A stretch of 64,000 nucleotides of DNA, from NCBI GenBank assembly GCA_963737005.1, contig CAVTRD010000005.1, positions 75,891 through 139,890 of the forward strand, read 5' to 3'. The stretch is from Terriglobia bacterium (GTDB lineage Bacteria; Acidobacteriota; Terriglobia; Bryobacterales; Bryobacteraceae). The position numbers and the translations under genes are program-made. How positions within the stretch are numbered: the first letter of the stretch is position 1; every line of letters starts with the position of its first letter. The notes beneath the pieces were generated by a model that was given only the letters and a program-made list of their open reading frames with translations, searched no databases and was not told the DNA's origin. Shown here piece after piece: positions 31,051-40,426 of the stretch.

Positions 31051-31725
31051 ATGAGAATTCTGATTATTGAAGATGAAGTGAAAACGGCCAATTTCCTCAA
31101 AAAGGGATTTGGTGAATCGGGCTTTGTTGTCGACATCGCAAAAGATGGTCTGGATGGTCTTCACCTCGGGCTGGAAATTGACTTTGACATCATCATCCTC
31201 GATTTAATGCTCCCGCACATCGACGGCTGGCAGGTACTCGCGCGCTTGCGGGAAGCAAATCGCCAAGCTCCGGTGCTTGTATTGACGGCGCTTGATGCGG
31301 TACACGAACGAGTACGAGGATTTGAACTCGGCGCAGACGACTACCTGGTTAAGCCGTTCGCCTTCTCCGAATTGCTCGCGCGGGTGCGGTCACTGCTGCG
31401 CCGAGCTTCCCCCCGCCAGCAAGAAACAATACGTCTGGCCGATCTTGAAATCGATACTTTGCGTCAACGCGCTACCCGGGCCGGACAGCGGCTCCATTTA
31501 ACAGCGAAGGAGTTTCTTCTGCTCTCGCTCATGGTGCGGCATGCGGGAGAGGTTTTATCGCGCACTCTGATCGCGGAAGCAGTTTGGGACATGAACTTCG
31601 ACAGCGACACAAATGTAGTCGATGTGAACATGCGACGTCTTCGCAGCAAAGTGGACGAGCCTTTTTCGCTGAAACTGATCCACACTGTTCGTGGCGCCGG
31701 ATATGTTATGGAAACCGAATGTTAA
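31051..31725 (+). CDS. OmpR-family response regulator, heavy-metal (CusR/CopR) type
   Basis: [37 protein letters not shown]...[16 protein letters not shown]...[23 protein letters not shown] closely follows the CusR/CopR pattern. A winged-helix C-terminus is present. Confidence 0.9.
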   Translation: MRILIIEDEVKTANFLKKGFGESGFVVDIAKDGLDGLHLGLEIDFDIIILDLMLPHIDGWQVLARLREANRQAPVLVLTALDAVHERVRGFELGADDYLVKPFAFSELLARVRSLLRRASPRQQETIRLADLEIDTLRQRATRAGQRLHLTAKEFLLLSLMVRHAGEVLSRTLIAEAVWDMNFDSDTNVVDVNMRRLRSKVDEPFSLKLIHTVRGAGYVMETEC

Positions 31726-33154
31726 GGTGGTGCGATTCTCGCGTCATTGGGAAACTTTAGCCTTCCGGCTGGCGGCCGGGTACGCCCTTGCCGGGTTCGT
31801 TTTCATTTTTATCGCTACCGCTAGTCTTTATTTGTTGCTCCTCGTACAACTGGACAAGAGCACCTCTTTGTTCATTGCGGACAAGCTCAATGTACTGCGC
31901 ACTTTGCTTCGCGATCGTCCAACGGACTGGGACGGTCTGCGAGAGGAAATCGAGCTGGAGACCTCCGCACGAGAGTATCAACGCTTTTACATTCGCCTGC
32001 TCAATCAGCATCACGCGCTTCTTCTGGCTACGCCGGGCATGGCGGAGCAACTCAACCTTACGCAACTCTCCAGAGAAGTATTAAGCCATCCCGAATCGGC
32101 GTTTGAGATGGCGGGAAAGCACGGACACGCTTTTCGTGTTGCCACTGCGCTCGCCCCTGTCGGCCTGGCGGCCGCTTCCCACGACATTATTCAGATCGCA
32201 GTAGATGTGTCCCAGGAGGAAGAGCTGCTGGCTGGTTATGGCCGCTGGTTCTGGACTATTCTCCTAGCCGCGGGCGCTTTCCTGCCGTTCATCGGATACC
32301 GAATCGCGCGCCAGGGAATTCGTCCCGTGGAGGAGATGGCATCCACGGCTCGCCGCATTAGCTCTTCGAATCTCCGCGAGCGCATCCGTCCGGAAGGATA
32401 CCCGTTTGAACTCGCATCCCTCGCCGCCACCTTCAACACCATGCTCGACGGTCTGGAAGAGTCCTTTGAACGGATCTCACGCTTCTCGGCCGACATCGCC
32501 CATGACCTCCGCACACCTGTCAACAATATTCGCGGCGAAGCGGAGGTGGCTTTGGCCCGTGCGCGGACGATTGAGGAATACCGGGATGTGCTTGGGTCAT
32601 GTCTGGAAGAGGCTGTACGACTATCCAACCTGATCGGAGACCTGTTATTCCTCGCCCGCGCAGAAAGTCCTTTGGCGCTCTTAAATCGGGAGAGGACGGA
32701 CGTCGTACAGTTGCTCACCCGTGTAAGTGAATATTACGATGCCTCAGCAACCGATGCCGGTGTGTCGCTGACCACCGCCAACCCCGGTGAACCGGTAATG
32801 GCGGCAGTAGACCAGTCGCTGATCCAGCGCGCGCTTAGCAACCTGGTCTCCAATGCTGTCGCGCACACGCCTTCGGGCGGTTCGATCCTGATGACCGCGA
32901 AGACAAACCTGTCCGGTCTTCAAATTGAGGTCTCCGACACGGGCATCGGGATCCCGGCTGACGCGCTGCCAAAAGTGTTCGATCGCTTTTTCCGTGTGGA
33001 TGCGTCACGGTCACAGATGTCCGGGTCCACCGGGCTGGGTCTGGCTATCGTCCAGACGATTGCGTTGCTGCACGGCGGCACTGTGGAAGTCTCCAGCAAG
33101 CGCGGCGAAGGAACTTGTGTCACGCTACGGCTGCCCGCCTCGCTGCCTACATGA
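31703..33154 (+). CDS. heavy-metal-type sensor histidine kinase (CusS/CopS-like)
   Basis: Two TM segments flank a periplasmic loop and are followed by HAMP, the H-box [18 protein letters not shown], and N/G boxes ([28 protein letters not shown]). The start is uncertain: candidates are ATG 31703, GTG 31691 and GTG about 31727. Confidence 0.85.
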   Translation: MLWKPNVKVVRFSRHWETLAFRLAAGYALAGFVFIFIATASLYLLLLVQLDKSTSLFIADKLNVLRTLLRDRPTDWDGLREEIELETSAREYQRFYIRLLNQHHALLLATPGMAEQLNLTQLSREVLSHPESAFEMAGKHGHAFRVATALAPVGLAAASHDIIQIAVDVSQEEELLAGYGRWFWTILLAAGAFLPFIGYRIARQGIRPVEEMASTARRISSSNLRERIRPEGYPFELASLAATFNTMLDGLEESFERISRFSADIAHDLRTPVNNIRGEAEVALARARTIEEYRDVLGSCLEEAVRLSNLIGDLLFLARAESPLALLNRERTDVVQLLTRVSEYYDASATDAGVSLTTANPGEPVMAAVDQSLIQRALSNLVSNAVAHTPSGGSILMTAKTNLSGLQIEVSDTGIGIPADALPKVFDRFFRVDASRSQMSGSTGLGLAIVQTIALLHGGTVEVSSKRGEGTCVTLRLPASLPT

Positions 33155-33177
33155 CGGAATTGTCATTTTGGTGTCAT
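33151..33177 (+). promoter_or_regulatory. candidate CusR/CopR-type response-regulator binding site
   Basis: ATGACggaattGTCAT (33151..33166) has the same ATGAC-N6-GTCAT core as the E. coli CusR box AAAATGACAANNTTGTCATTTT. In addition, TGTCAT occurs twice (33161..33166 and 33172..33177) with an 11-bp period, as expected for OmpR-family direct repeats. The site lies about 75 nt upstream of ATG 33253. Confidence 0.4.
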
Positions 33178-33252
33178 CCTGGCGTCCGGGTTCCAGGGTT
33201 AAAACGTTAGAGGTATCTGCCATATGTAGCGCGGCCCATCCCGGGCTGTGTG

Positions 33253-36159
33253 ATGAAAATCCGACAGGGAGAGAACGTGTTCCGAAAAGCATCGCGCAAG
33301 AAGTCTCGAAAGAAAAGTTCTAGTAATAACTCTCAAAGTAATTCCCGGATCAACCGTCTGCGTCCGCTCGCCGGGCTCTTGGCCACAGGGCTGAGCGTTC
33401 CAGCGTTCGCGATTGGTCAGTCCGTGCCGTTTCCCACCTACGTGACCGGCCCGCAACCGAACGGCTCGTGGGTCGTCAGCAGTGGCCAAATCATTACCCC
33501 AACCGGAAAGCAAGTCGACCTCGGCGTCCGGGTCCGTGCGAAGGCCATCGCGCTGAACCCCAGCGTCCGCAATCACACCGCCGCCGTACTCACGATGGGC
33601 GCATCCGAGGCGGTTGAGGTGATTGACACCAAGACCGGCGATGTCCTGCAGGATTACATCACCTTCGGACAAGATTCGAGCGGCAGTTATAAAGGCATCA
33701 CCTATTCGGCAGACGGCAAATACTTGATTTTTAGCCAGGACAGCAGCAACGTCACGATCGCCAAGGTCTCAGACGAGGGCTTGCTGGAAGATCACGCCCA
33801 AGTCAGCGTGCCGCCGGACACTTCCTTCATCACCTGCTTTCCGAACAGCCCTCCGGGCTCGTATGGGGTACCTTGCGGCACCCTCTATACTCCGAAGACC
33901 TCGTATCCGGGTGGTGTAGCGGCTTCAAAAGATGGCAAGAGCGCCTACGTTTTGCTGAACCAGAACGACACGCTCGCCAAGATCGACCTGACCGCAACGC
34001 CGTCGAAGCAGGGGGAGCAGATCCGTGTCGGCAACGCGCCGCACACCGTCGTGATCAGCGGCGATGGCAAGACCGCCTACGTCAGCAATGAGGGTGGCCG
34101 GATTGCTACGGACGCCGACTTCCAAATTTGGTCGGCCGGCACTGAAATCGTCGCCGACCCGGTGATTGGCGCCGCAGTCACCGGCACGGTTTCGGTAGTT
34201 GATCTGGCGTCTATGCGCGTTACCGCCACCATCTCGACTGGGCTGCACCCGACCGGGATGGCGTTCTACGGACGTCACCTGCTGGTTGCCAACACCTACA
34301 GCGACACCATTTCAGTCATCGACACAACCACCAACGAAGTGGCGCGGACCATCAACCTTGGTCTGCCGATCGGAGTGCCCGGCGAGCACGAAGCGGCTTA
34401 TGGCGCGGCACCTAACTCGATCGCCGTCGATGCCAGGAGAGGCGTTGCCTATGTCGCCCTGTACAATGCCAACGCGATCGGCGTAGTCGACCTCGCCAGC
34501 GGCGCGACAAATCCCGTGATGGGCATGATTCCGGTAGCCTATGCGCCCAGCTCGATCAAGCTGGATCAGGCTGAAAACGTGCTTATAGTCGCCAACGACA
34601 AGGGTGTCGGCACGCGTTATTCATTTGAAACCGACTACAACGTCACCGGCTACAATACCCACCAAGACAATGGCACGATAAGCATCGTCCCTCTGCCGAA
34701 TAGCCAGAAATTGGAGGCGATGACCAGGCAGGTTTACCAGAACAACCACTGGGATCTGAAGGAAAACATCAAATCAGCCAGCGGTGGTAACCATGATGTC
34801 AAAGCAGTGGCGATTCCGGAGAAAATCGGCGATCCGTCACTCATAAAGCACGTGTTCCTGATCATCCGTGAAAACCGTACTTATGATCAGATTCTTGGCG
34901 ACGTGGCTGCGGGCGATGGCGAGCCCTCACTGGCAGTCTTCGGCGGCAAGGACACTCCAAACGCGCACAAGCTGGTAAAACGCTTCCCGCTTCTTGACAA
35001 TTTCTACGACCCGAGCCGCCAGTCGGCTGACGGTCACCAATGGATCACCGAGGGCCTGGCGCCTTACGCCGACGACATCCAGTCGCCTGACTGGGTCCGC
35101 AGTTATCCAGGTGGGAACGCCGGCGATGCCTTGGCCTACCAGAAAAAGGGCTTTCTGTTCTCCGAAGCGTCGGCCGCCGGTCTGCCGGTAAAGATCTACG
35201 GTGAATACGTCGAGAACGATACGTTCAAACAGCCGAACGGGTCCACCAAGGAACCGAGCTGGAGCCAGTTCTACGCCGACACGAAGCGCTTTGAGGAGGG
35301 ACGCGAGAAGACGTTGTTCTATCAGAACACGATCCACGCGCAATCCTCCATCCCGGCCGTATATGACCACCTTGTCACTAATTTCCCGCAGTTCGATCTG
35401 GGCATTCCCGATCAGTTCCGCGTCGATGTGTGGCTGCAGGACTTCAGGAGGGATGTCGCGATGGGTTCGGTACCGGCATTGAGCGTCCTGTGGGTTATGG
35501 ACGACCACACCGGCGGCCCGCCGACCCCGGACGCCGAACAGGCCGATAACGACTTAGCCATTGGACGCATCGTCGATTACGTCAGCCACAGCAACGTTTG
35601 GTCCTCGTCGGCAATCTTCATCGAGGAAGATGACGCGCAGAACGGCGTTGACCACGTCGATGGCCACCGTAGCCCAGGCTATGTCATTAGCCCCTACACG
35701 GTGCAGTACGGATCCACCGACCACACCTACTACACGCAGGTCAACATGACCCGAACCATCGAGCAAATGCTCGCTCTGCCGCCCATGAACCAGTTTGACC
35801 TTGTGGCGTCACCGATGAGGACGGCCTTCGTGGCGGGGATGCCACCGGCCGACAACTTCAAACCGTTTACGCACGCGCCGAACCAGGTGCCGCTTGACGA
35901 AGGCGTTACCGCCACCGCATCCAACACAACAAACACCAGCGCCACAATCAAGGATCTAAAGAATGCCTGGCTTAAAAAGAAGAAGCAAGTCTTTGCCGGC
36001 AAACTGACCAAGCCTGATGCCGAAGACCCGGAGACCGTCAACCATCTGAACTGGTACATGTCCACCGGGTTCAAGCGGCCTTATCCCGGCGAAACCACGG
36101 TTCGCCCTCCAAGCGAGTTCAAGAAGCCAGCTCCTACCAAAGCTGACGTCGACGACTAA
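33253..36159 (+). CDS. beta-propeller repeat (YncE/YVTN-like) + phosphoesterase (phospholipase C / AcpA acid phosphatase family) fusion protein
   Basis: The N-terminal half has repeated propeller blades (GNAPHTVVISGDGKTAYVSNEGG, GLHPTGMAFYGRHLLVANTYSDTISVID, IGVVDL). The C-terminal half has the phosphoesterase signature KHVFLIIRENRTYDQILGD...DDAQNGVDHVDGHRSP. A Lys/Ser-rich leader precedes the signal-like segment. Confidence 0.8.
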   Translation: MKIRQGENVFRKASRKKSRKKSSSNNSQSNSRINRLRPLAGLLATGLSVPAFAIGQSVPFPTYVTGPQPNGSWVVSSGQIITPTGKQVDLGVRVRAKAIALNPSVRNHTAAVLTMGASEAVEVIDTKTGDVLQDYITFGQDSSGSYKGITYSADGKYLIFSQDSSNVTIAKVSDEGLLEDHAQVSVPPDTSFITCFPNSPPGSYGVPCGTLYTPKTSYPGGVAASKDGKSAYVLLNQNDTLAKIDLTATPSKQGEQIRVGNAPHTVVISGDGKTAYVSNEGGRIATDADFQIWSAGTEIVADPVIGAAVTGTVSVVDLASMRVTATISTGLHPTGMAFYGRHLLVANTYSDTISVIDTTTNEVARTINLGLPIGVPGEHEAAYGAAPNSIAVDARRGVAYVALYNANAIGVVDLASGATNPVMGMIPVAYAPSSIKLDQAENVLIVANDKGVGTRYSFETDYNVTGYNTHQDNGTISIVPLPNSQKLEAMTRQVYQNNHWDLKENIKSASGGNHDVKAVAIPEKIGDPSLIKHVFLIIRENRTYDQILGDVAAGDGEPSLAVFGGKDTPNAHKLVKRFPLLDNFYDPSRQSADGHQWITEGLAPYADDIQSPDWVRSYPGGNAGDALAYQKKGFLFSEASAAGLPVKIYGEYVENDTFKQPNGSTKEPSWSQFYADTKRFEEGREKTLFYQNTIHAQSSIPAVYDHLVTNFPQFDLGIPDQFRVDVWLQDFRRDVAMGSVPALSVLWVMDDHTGGPPTPDAEQADNDLAIGRIVDYVSHSNVWSSSAIFIEEDDAQNGVDHVDGHRSPGYVISPYTVQYGSTDHTYYTQVNMTRTIEQMLALPPMNQFDLVASPMRTAFVAGMPPADNFKPFTHAPNQVPLDEGVTATASNTTNTSATIKDLKNAWLKKKKQVFAGKLTKPDAEDPETVNHLNWYMSTGFKRPYPGETTVRPPSEFKKPAPTKADVDD

Positions 36160-36182
36160 AAACGCACGTTCCGACTGCAATG

Positions 36183-36220
36183 GCCCTCTCCCCGGTAATC
36201 AGGGAGAGGGCTTTTTGTTT
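36183..36220 (+). terminator. rho-independent terminator
   Basis: A perfect 10-bp GC-rich stem, gccctctccc (36183..36192) pairing with gggagagggc (36202..36211), encloses a 9-nt loop and is followed by TTTTTGTTT. It lies 24 nt after the stop at 36159. Confidence 0.75.
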
Positions 36221-36319
36221 ATGCGTCAAACGCAAACGAGGCAGCGGCCCATCCCGTCCGGCCACCCATTGAGAAACACGGCATGAAGTTTTCGAATCTT
36301 CCAGTGATATCTTGCTCTG

Positions 36320-37855
36320 GTGCGTTTCGCATTACTCTTTGCCGCTTCCGCAACCGTGTGCTTCAGCGCTGCGCCCATGGGGTGGAACTCCTGGAACAGT
36401 TTCGCTAACATCGTGAACTCCCAGATCGTTCAGCAGCAAGCCAAAGCTCTGGCCTCGAACGGTATGAAAGCTGCGGGCTACAAGTACATCGTAATCGACG
36501 AAGGCTGGTGGCTGGGCCAGCGCGATCAAGCCGACCATTTTATTGTGGACCCAAAGCAATGGCCTGCCCTTCAGCCCGGCCAGAAAGATGGGGACATGGC
36601 CAATATCGCCGCTTATATTCACAGCTTGGGCCTGAACGCCGGCATCTACACCGACGCAGGTCGTGACGGTTGCAGTATGTTCCCCGACTCCGGACCCAAA
36701 TACATGAATACCGGCAGCGAGAATCACTACGAGCAGGATTTCCTGCAGTTTTCGAAGTGGGGCTTCGATTACATCAAGGTGGATTGGTGCGGCGGTGCGA
36801 AAGAAAAGCGTTCGGGCGCGATCCAGTATGCGCAGGTCGCCCACGCTATTCAAAATGCGGAGAAGGTTACCGGGCGTAAATTGTTCTTCTCCATCTGTGA
36901 GTGGGGCAGCCAGAATCCCTGGTTCTGGGCGCCGGGCGTCGGTGGCATCGAGAGCACAATTTGGCGCACTGGCGGAGATATCATCCCGCCCGTTGTCGAG
37001 AGCCTGCATGATGCCGAACACGACAAACGCGTTATCAGTCTGCGGAACGTGCTCGATTCGTTCGAAGCGGGAATGCACCCGGAAGCCCAACACACCGGCT
37101 TCTACAACGACCTCGACATGATGGTCATGGGCATGCGCGGCATGACCGATGCCACCGATCGCATTCACATGGGGCTGTGGGCGATTTCGAGCGCGCCACT
37201 GATGGTGGGTTCCGATCTGACTCGGCTTTCGCCGGCAACCTTGTCGCTCCTCAACAACCGCGAGGCGCTTGGAATTCATAATGACCTATACGGTCTGCAG
37301 CCCATCAAAGTCGCCGAACCTGCTCCCCATGTACAGATCTGGGCGAAACCCATGGCCGTTCCCGGAAGACGCGCGGTTGCCATACTCAACGGCGCTGATG
37401 CCCCGGCGCAAGTGCAGCTTGATTGCAGCAAGCTTGGCCTCGATGGCACTCCAAGATTCTTACGCGATGTTTGGAACGCTCGCGATCTTGCCCCAGCTAA
37501 TGCGGCCGTGCCGGTCCCGGCAAATGATCTCGTGCTGTTGATCGTCGATGGCGAGGACAAAAAACCGGTTGAGTATTCGGCGCAGGAATCCGCCATTTAC
37601 GGGATTCAAGCAGCGAGTGAACCCTCCTTCGCCCTCCTGCATTACGCCAATACGTCGGGCCACGTTGCGGTTATTCGGGCGAAGAGCACATCCGGTCTCT
37701 CCACTGCCTTCGCGCTTCCACCCACCGCCGAATCGAACAGCGGCACGGTCGGGTTCATTTTGCCTCGGGGAACCGCCGATCTGTCGTTCGAGGCACTGCC
37801 CCTGTCTATTCAGAAGCTAGCTGTATATTCCTGGCGATCGTCAGGTCCGCAGTAA
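36320..37855 (+). CDS. alpha-galactosidase (GH27)
   Basis: The signal peptide is followed by PMGWNSWNSF...GYKYIVIDEGWW...DYIKVDWCGG, the GH27 catalytic signature. GTG start. Confidence 0.85.
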   Translation: MRFALLFAASATVCFSAAPMGWNSWNSFANIVNSQIVQQQAKALASNGMKAAGYKYIVIDEGWWLGQRDQADHFIVDPKQWPALQPGQKDGDMANIAAYIHSLGLNAGIYTDAGRDGCSMFPDSGPKYMNTGSENHYEQDFLQFSKWGFDYIKVDWCGGAKEKRSGAIQYAQVAHAIQNAEKVTGRKLFFSICEWGSQNPWFWAPGVGGIESTIWRTGGDIIPPVVESLHDAEHDKRVISLRNVLDSFEAGMHPEAQHTGFYNDLDMMVMGMRGMTDATDRIHMGLWAISSAPLMVGSDLTRLSPATLSLLNNREALGIHNDLYGLQPIKVAEPAPHVQIWAKPMAVPGRRAVAILNGADAPAQVQLDCSKLGLDGTPRFLRDVWNARDLAPANAAVPVPANDLVLLIVDGEDKKPVEYSAQESAIYGIQAASEPSFALLHYANTSGHVAVIRAKSTSGLSTAFALPPTAESNSGTVGFILPRGTADLSFEALPLSIQKLAVYSWRSSGPQ

Positions 37856-37896
37856 CGAGGAGACGCTTGTCGCGGGCAGGTGACCGCAAACTCCGC

Positions 37897-38970
37897 CTAA
37901 GTCCAGTAGAGCAGCCGCGCTTGCGGAAGCTCATCGGCTAAGGCTCGCTCGAACCACTGGCGCATCTCGGTCATCACCGGTTTCGGGTAAACAAATTTGG
38001 CCGAGCCAAACTTCGTCATTTTCTTGCTGCGTCCACTTTCGTCCAAGTCCAACGTCGTTTTCGGATACCACTCCAATTGCACCAATTTCGACTTAGGCGT
38101 AAACCGGTGCGTGATCGCCTCTACCGTTACGTCTACGTCCGGGATGCCGTCCAGTGCCGCATGCGCCGACCGCAACAGGTCCCGATACTGCTCCTGCCAG
38201 TTCGCAACGGGCATGATGGGAGCGATGGTCAAACCAACGGGGTAACCGGCCATAGCCATCTTTCGCATCCCCGAAAACCGAGCCCTTAAGGATGCCGTGC
38301 CGCCTTCGAAGTCGCGGCTAGCATTTTGTGCCGTAACGGAGAATCGTGCGCGCGTCTTGCGCCGGTGTGCGATGTTCAGCAACGCCTCTACCGCATCGAA
38401 CTTCGTTGTCCAACGCAACTGCACGTCGGCATCCCACTCGCCGAAGAACCGAATACATTCGGCTAGCGAACCAGTCAGATGCTCGATTCCGAGAGGATCC
38501 GTGTAGCACGAGGACTCAAAGGTGGTTCCTTCCGTGCTGCGCGCCGCCGACGCGGACGTGATGCGGCCCTTGCCCAGATAGGGCGGAAGGCCGTTAAGAA
38601 TTTCTTCGATGTTTGCGTATACACGCGTCACGGGCGCACCGCTCAGCGATCCAGCAAGGTAACAGTATTGACAGTGTGCCGGGCAACCCTGTGCAATGTG
38701 AAACTGCCAATCGGCGCTGGGCGGAATGGGGTGCAGCCTGCGCGCACTCTCGCTTGCTGTGACGACCGCCAGCGTCGTCTTAGCTTGGACGTAATCGCCG
38801 GCCGGAATCGTCAGGCGGTTGCTCTTCAACTCGACGACCCGAGCTCCAAACAGCGCGGCGCGTTCCACGATGCTACGACCATGCGCATACTCGAGCGCGC
38901 CCGGCGTAACCACCACCTGTCGTGGCGCCCAAAGCTTTAGTTTCGGAACGGCTGTCGCGGGAGCGGCCAT
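37897..38970 (-). CDS. spore photoproduct lyase-like radical SAM protein
   Basis: The protein is colinear with B. subtilis SplB as I recall it. The radical-SAM motif is AQGCPAHCQYCYL (C-x3-C-x2-C with both flanking Tyr). FESSCYTDPLGIEHLTGSL matches FEASCTSDIVGIDHLTHTL, including the H-donor Cys. AITHRFT and the C-terminal LLYWT match IQHRFT and EYFT. The ATG at 38970 lies 1 nt after the upstream stop. Confidence 0.8.
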   Translation of the reverse strand: MAAPATAVPKLKLWAPRQVVVTPGALEYAHGRSIVERAALFGARVVELKSNRLTIPAGDYVQAKTTLAVVTASESARRLHPIPPSADWQFHIAQGCPAHCQYCYLAGSLSGAPVTRVYANIEEILNGLPPYLGKGRITSASAARSTEGTTFESSCYTDPLGIEHLTGSLAECIRFFGEWDADVQLRWTTKFDAVEALLNIAHRRKTRARFSVTAQNASRDFEGGTASLRARFSGMRKMAMAGYPVGLTIAPIMPVANWQEQYRDLLRSAHAALDGIPDVDVTVEAITHRFTPKSKLVQLEWYPKTTLDLDESGRSKKMTKFGSAKFVYPKPVMTEMRQWFERALADELPQARLLYWT

Positions 38971-38971
38971 G

Positions 38972-40195
38972 TCAAAATGCGTACCGGATCTGGCACTCGG
39001 GCAAGCGTTCACTCAATAGAGCGCTGAACTGCTGCACCAGCTCGGCCTTGAAACCGCGTTTATAGCGTAGATTGCGACCACCCATCTGGCTATACTTCGT
39101 CTCCTGCAGTTCCGGTTTCCAAAGTAGTTCTTCACCATTCGGGTGCCATCCCAAATTAATCTGGTGCAGCTTGTCATTGTGAGTCAGGAAGATGATTTCG
39201 GCCCCGAGCTGCGCCTTCACTTCAGGCTTCAGTACTTGCGCCAGCTGGTCGAACAGGTCGCGATAATCTGCTTGCCAGCCTTCGTAGTGGATCACCGGCG
39301 AAAAATTTAGATGCACCTCGTATCCGGCTTCGTAGAAGTCGTTGATACTCGCAATCCGTTCCACTATGGGTGACGTACGCACGTCGACTACTTTCGCCAT
39401 GCGCTGCGGCATGAGGCTCAATCGGATGCGCGTCTTGCGCTGCGGATCGTAGGACAACAAGTCACGGTTCACGAACTTAGTAGCAAAACTCGCTTTAGCC
39501 GTCGGCAACTTTCTGAATAGCGCTACCAGATCGCGCACATTATCAGAAACCATCGCATCGACCGAGCAATCGTTGTTGCAGCCGATATCGTAAACCCAGT
39601 ACCGAGGATCGATCTGGGTTGGCTGCTCCTTCCATCCCAACCTGGCAGCGTGACGGGTCAGGTAGCCTGCAATCTGTTCGATGTTGACGAAGACCGAAAT
39701 AGGATTCGCGTAGCCTTTCTGCCGCGGCACATAGCAATACGAGCACGACATCGCACATCCATTCGCATGTGAGGGAGCAATAAAGTCAGACGACCGGCTG
39801 TTCGGCTCAGCGCGCAGCGCTTTCTTTACTCCCAAGATCAATACATTGCGCTTGATCTTGTTCCAATCCGCTACATCGCCTTCGAATCCGAACAAACCCG
39901 GGATCTTCCAATGCGAGTCGACAAAGATGCGCTCTGCATCAGGGAAAAGAGCAAGAATCTGCTGTCCGCGTACAAACTGCTCAACCGCTGGTTCCAGATA
40001 GATCGCCTGGATGTCCAAAAGCCAAGCGGGCGGACGCGGGGCCGCGCTGGAGAGTGGGGGAACGATGGCGGCTTGAACCGGCTGCGAAAGGGAGCTCATG
40101 TGGTTCCAAATACTAGATGTGACCCCAATTAGTAACGTCGCGAGCACACCCAACTTGCGTTTGATACTACTGAAAAAGCCCATTCCGGAGTGCAC
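38972..40195 (-). CDS. spore photoproduct lyase family radical SAM protein (divergent paralogue)
   Basis: The radical-SAM motif is SHANGCAMSCSYCYV (C-x3-C-x2-C-Y). Further SPL-family landmarks are VYDIGCNNDCSVD, FATKFVNRDLL, RIASINDFYEAGYEVHLNFSPVI, IIFLTHN and the C-terminal IRYAF. An alternative start at ATG 40099 (MSSLSQP) would remove a hydrophobic 32-aa extension. Confidence 0.7.
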   Translation of the reverse strand: MHSGMGFFSSIKRKLGVLATLLIGVTSSIWNHMSSLSQPVQAAIVPPLSSAAPRPPAWLLDIQAIYLEPAVEQFVRGQQILALFPDAERIFVDSHWKIPGLFGFEGDVADWNKIKRNVLILGVKKALRAEPNSRSSDFIAPSHANGCAMSCSYCYVPRQKGYANPISVFVNIEQIAGYLTRHAARLGWKEQPTQIDPRYWVYDIGCNNDCSVDAMVSDNVRDLVALFRKLPTAKASFATKFVNRDLLSYDPQRKTRIRLSLMPQRMAKVVDVRTSPIVERIASINDFYEAGYEVHLNFSPVIHYEGWQADYRDLFDQLAQVLKPEVKAQLGAEIIFLTHNDKLHQINLGWHPNGEELLWKPELQETKYSQMGGRNLRYKRGFKAELVQQFSALLSERLPECQIRYAF

Positions 40196-40426
40196 GAAAT
40201 TGAAATGCGGACGGTCCGACTCTTCTCCGGGAACGCTTTCGATTTGTGGTCGCCGGTCATGCGAGCTGCCGTGCGTTCGTCTGAATGGATCTTAGGACCG
40301 GTCGAAGACCCTGAGACCAGGTTTCTCTTGCAACTAGAGTGCATTCAGGCGGCAAGGTTTTGAAACGGGCGCGTCTATGGATGTGAATCGGCGGCGACTC
40401 CTGGCCATGTACTCGCAAACTACGCA

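Noticed and set aside
36222-36234. The inverted repeat TGCGTcaaACGCA between the terminator and the GH27 gene.
   Set aside because: Each arm is only 5 bp and no second copy occurs in the window. That is too short to distinguish from chance.
40100-40195. A hydrophobic 32-aa N-terminal extension (MHSGMGFFSSIKRKLGVLATLLIGVTSSIWNH) of the upstream SPL-family gene that looks like a membrane anchor.
   Set aside because: A membrane anchor on an SPL-type cytoplasmic radical SAM enzyme is unexpected. ATG 40099 gives an N-terminus of family-typical length. The question is left open in the feature note rather than claimed.
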